Source of the DNA: an uncultured Bacilli bacterium
GTDB lineage: Bacteria > Bacillota_I > Bacilli_A > RFN20 > CAG-826
Direction of reading: 5' to 3'
DNA length: 64,000 nucleotides
Assembly: GCA_944363535.1 (NCBI GenBank)
Contig: CALVUG010000002.1
Span: forward strand, 10,249-74,248
The position numbers were made by a program, and so were the translations under genes. Below the pieces are notes generated by a model. The model was not told the DNA's origin, made no database searches, and worked only from the letters and a program-made list of their open reading frames with translations. This document shows, in pieces, positions 63,924-64,000 of this stretch. Each line of letters opens with the position of its first letter. Positions within the stretch are counted from its first letter, which is position 1.

Positions 63924-64000
63924 AAACATTCTTTTATTTCAATATTTCTTATATTCTTAAATAAAATTCTATGATTGATGGTGAAGATTACTCTTAAATA

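Overview
This 64 kb window comes from a low-GC (~35 % by eye) Firmicutes/Mollicutes-like chromosome. TGA is used as a stop codon (e.g. prs) and Trp is TGG, so the genetic code is table 11, not 4. Nearly all genes from 1 to 31.8 kb lie on the minus strand with gaps of 10 nt or less or small overlaps. They begin with the S10-spc ribosomal-protein cluster (rpsJ to rplO, 1–9407), which has a canonical sigma-A promoter and a GC-rich structured leader and has no rpmD (L30) gene. Upstream of it lies a queuosine salvage block (queT-tgt-queA-queH), then prs, a kinase-like / Zn-phospholipase-C-like / micro-protein trio, folT-folC, smpB, a CapA-like protein, a NYN-LOTUS protein, galE, gatCAB, ligA, pcrA and a 700-aa Wzy_C (O-antigen-ligase-like) membrane protein. 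The 31.8–41.3 kb stretch holds an alpha/beta hydrolase, a CxxC thioredoxin-like lipoprotein, a plus-strand island of three uncharacterised membrane proteins (one strongly Q/N-rich), asnS, and a tsaE-tsaB-(rimI::tsaD fusion)-ntdp block. The 41.3–64 kb stretch is an accessory region. It carries ung, a Wzx/Wzy-type glycan locus (three GT4-type glycosyltransferases, a Wzx flippase, a second Wzy-like polymerase and a TupA-like ATP-grasp), a BspA-type LRR surface protein and a complete oppABCDF operon with a 784-aa OppA lipoprotein and a strong oppA-oppB intercistronic hairpin. It also carries a patatin-like lipase, a CPCC zinc-ribbon micro-protein, a cytoplasmic GH13 enzyme, a P-loop kinase and an acyl-ACP thioesterase. 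I found no rRNA, tRNA, tmRNA, CRISPR array or transposase. The most unusual candidates are listed as findings. These are widespread Lys-rich extensions on ribosomal proteins, the rimI-tsaD fusion, a CapA-like protein with a degenerate active site next to a NYN-LOTUS protein, the kinase-like/PLC-like pair embedded in a housekeeping super-operon, and the three-gene membrane/QN-rich island.
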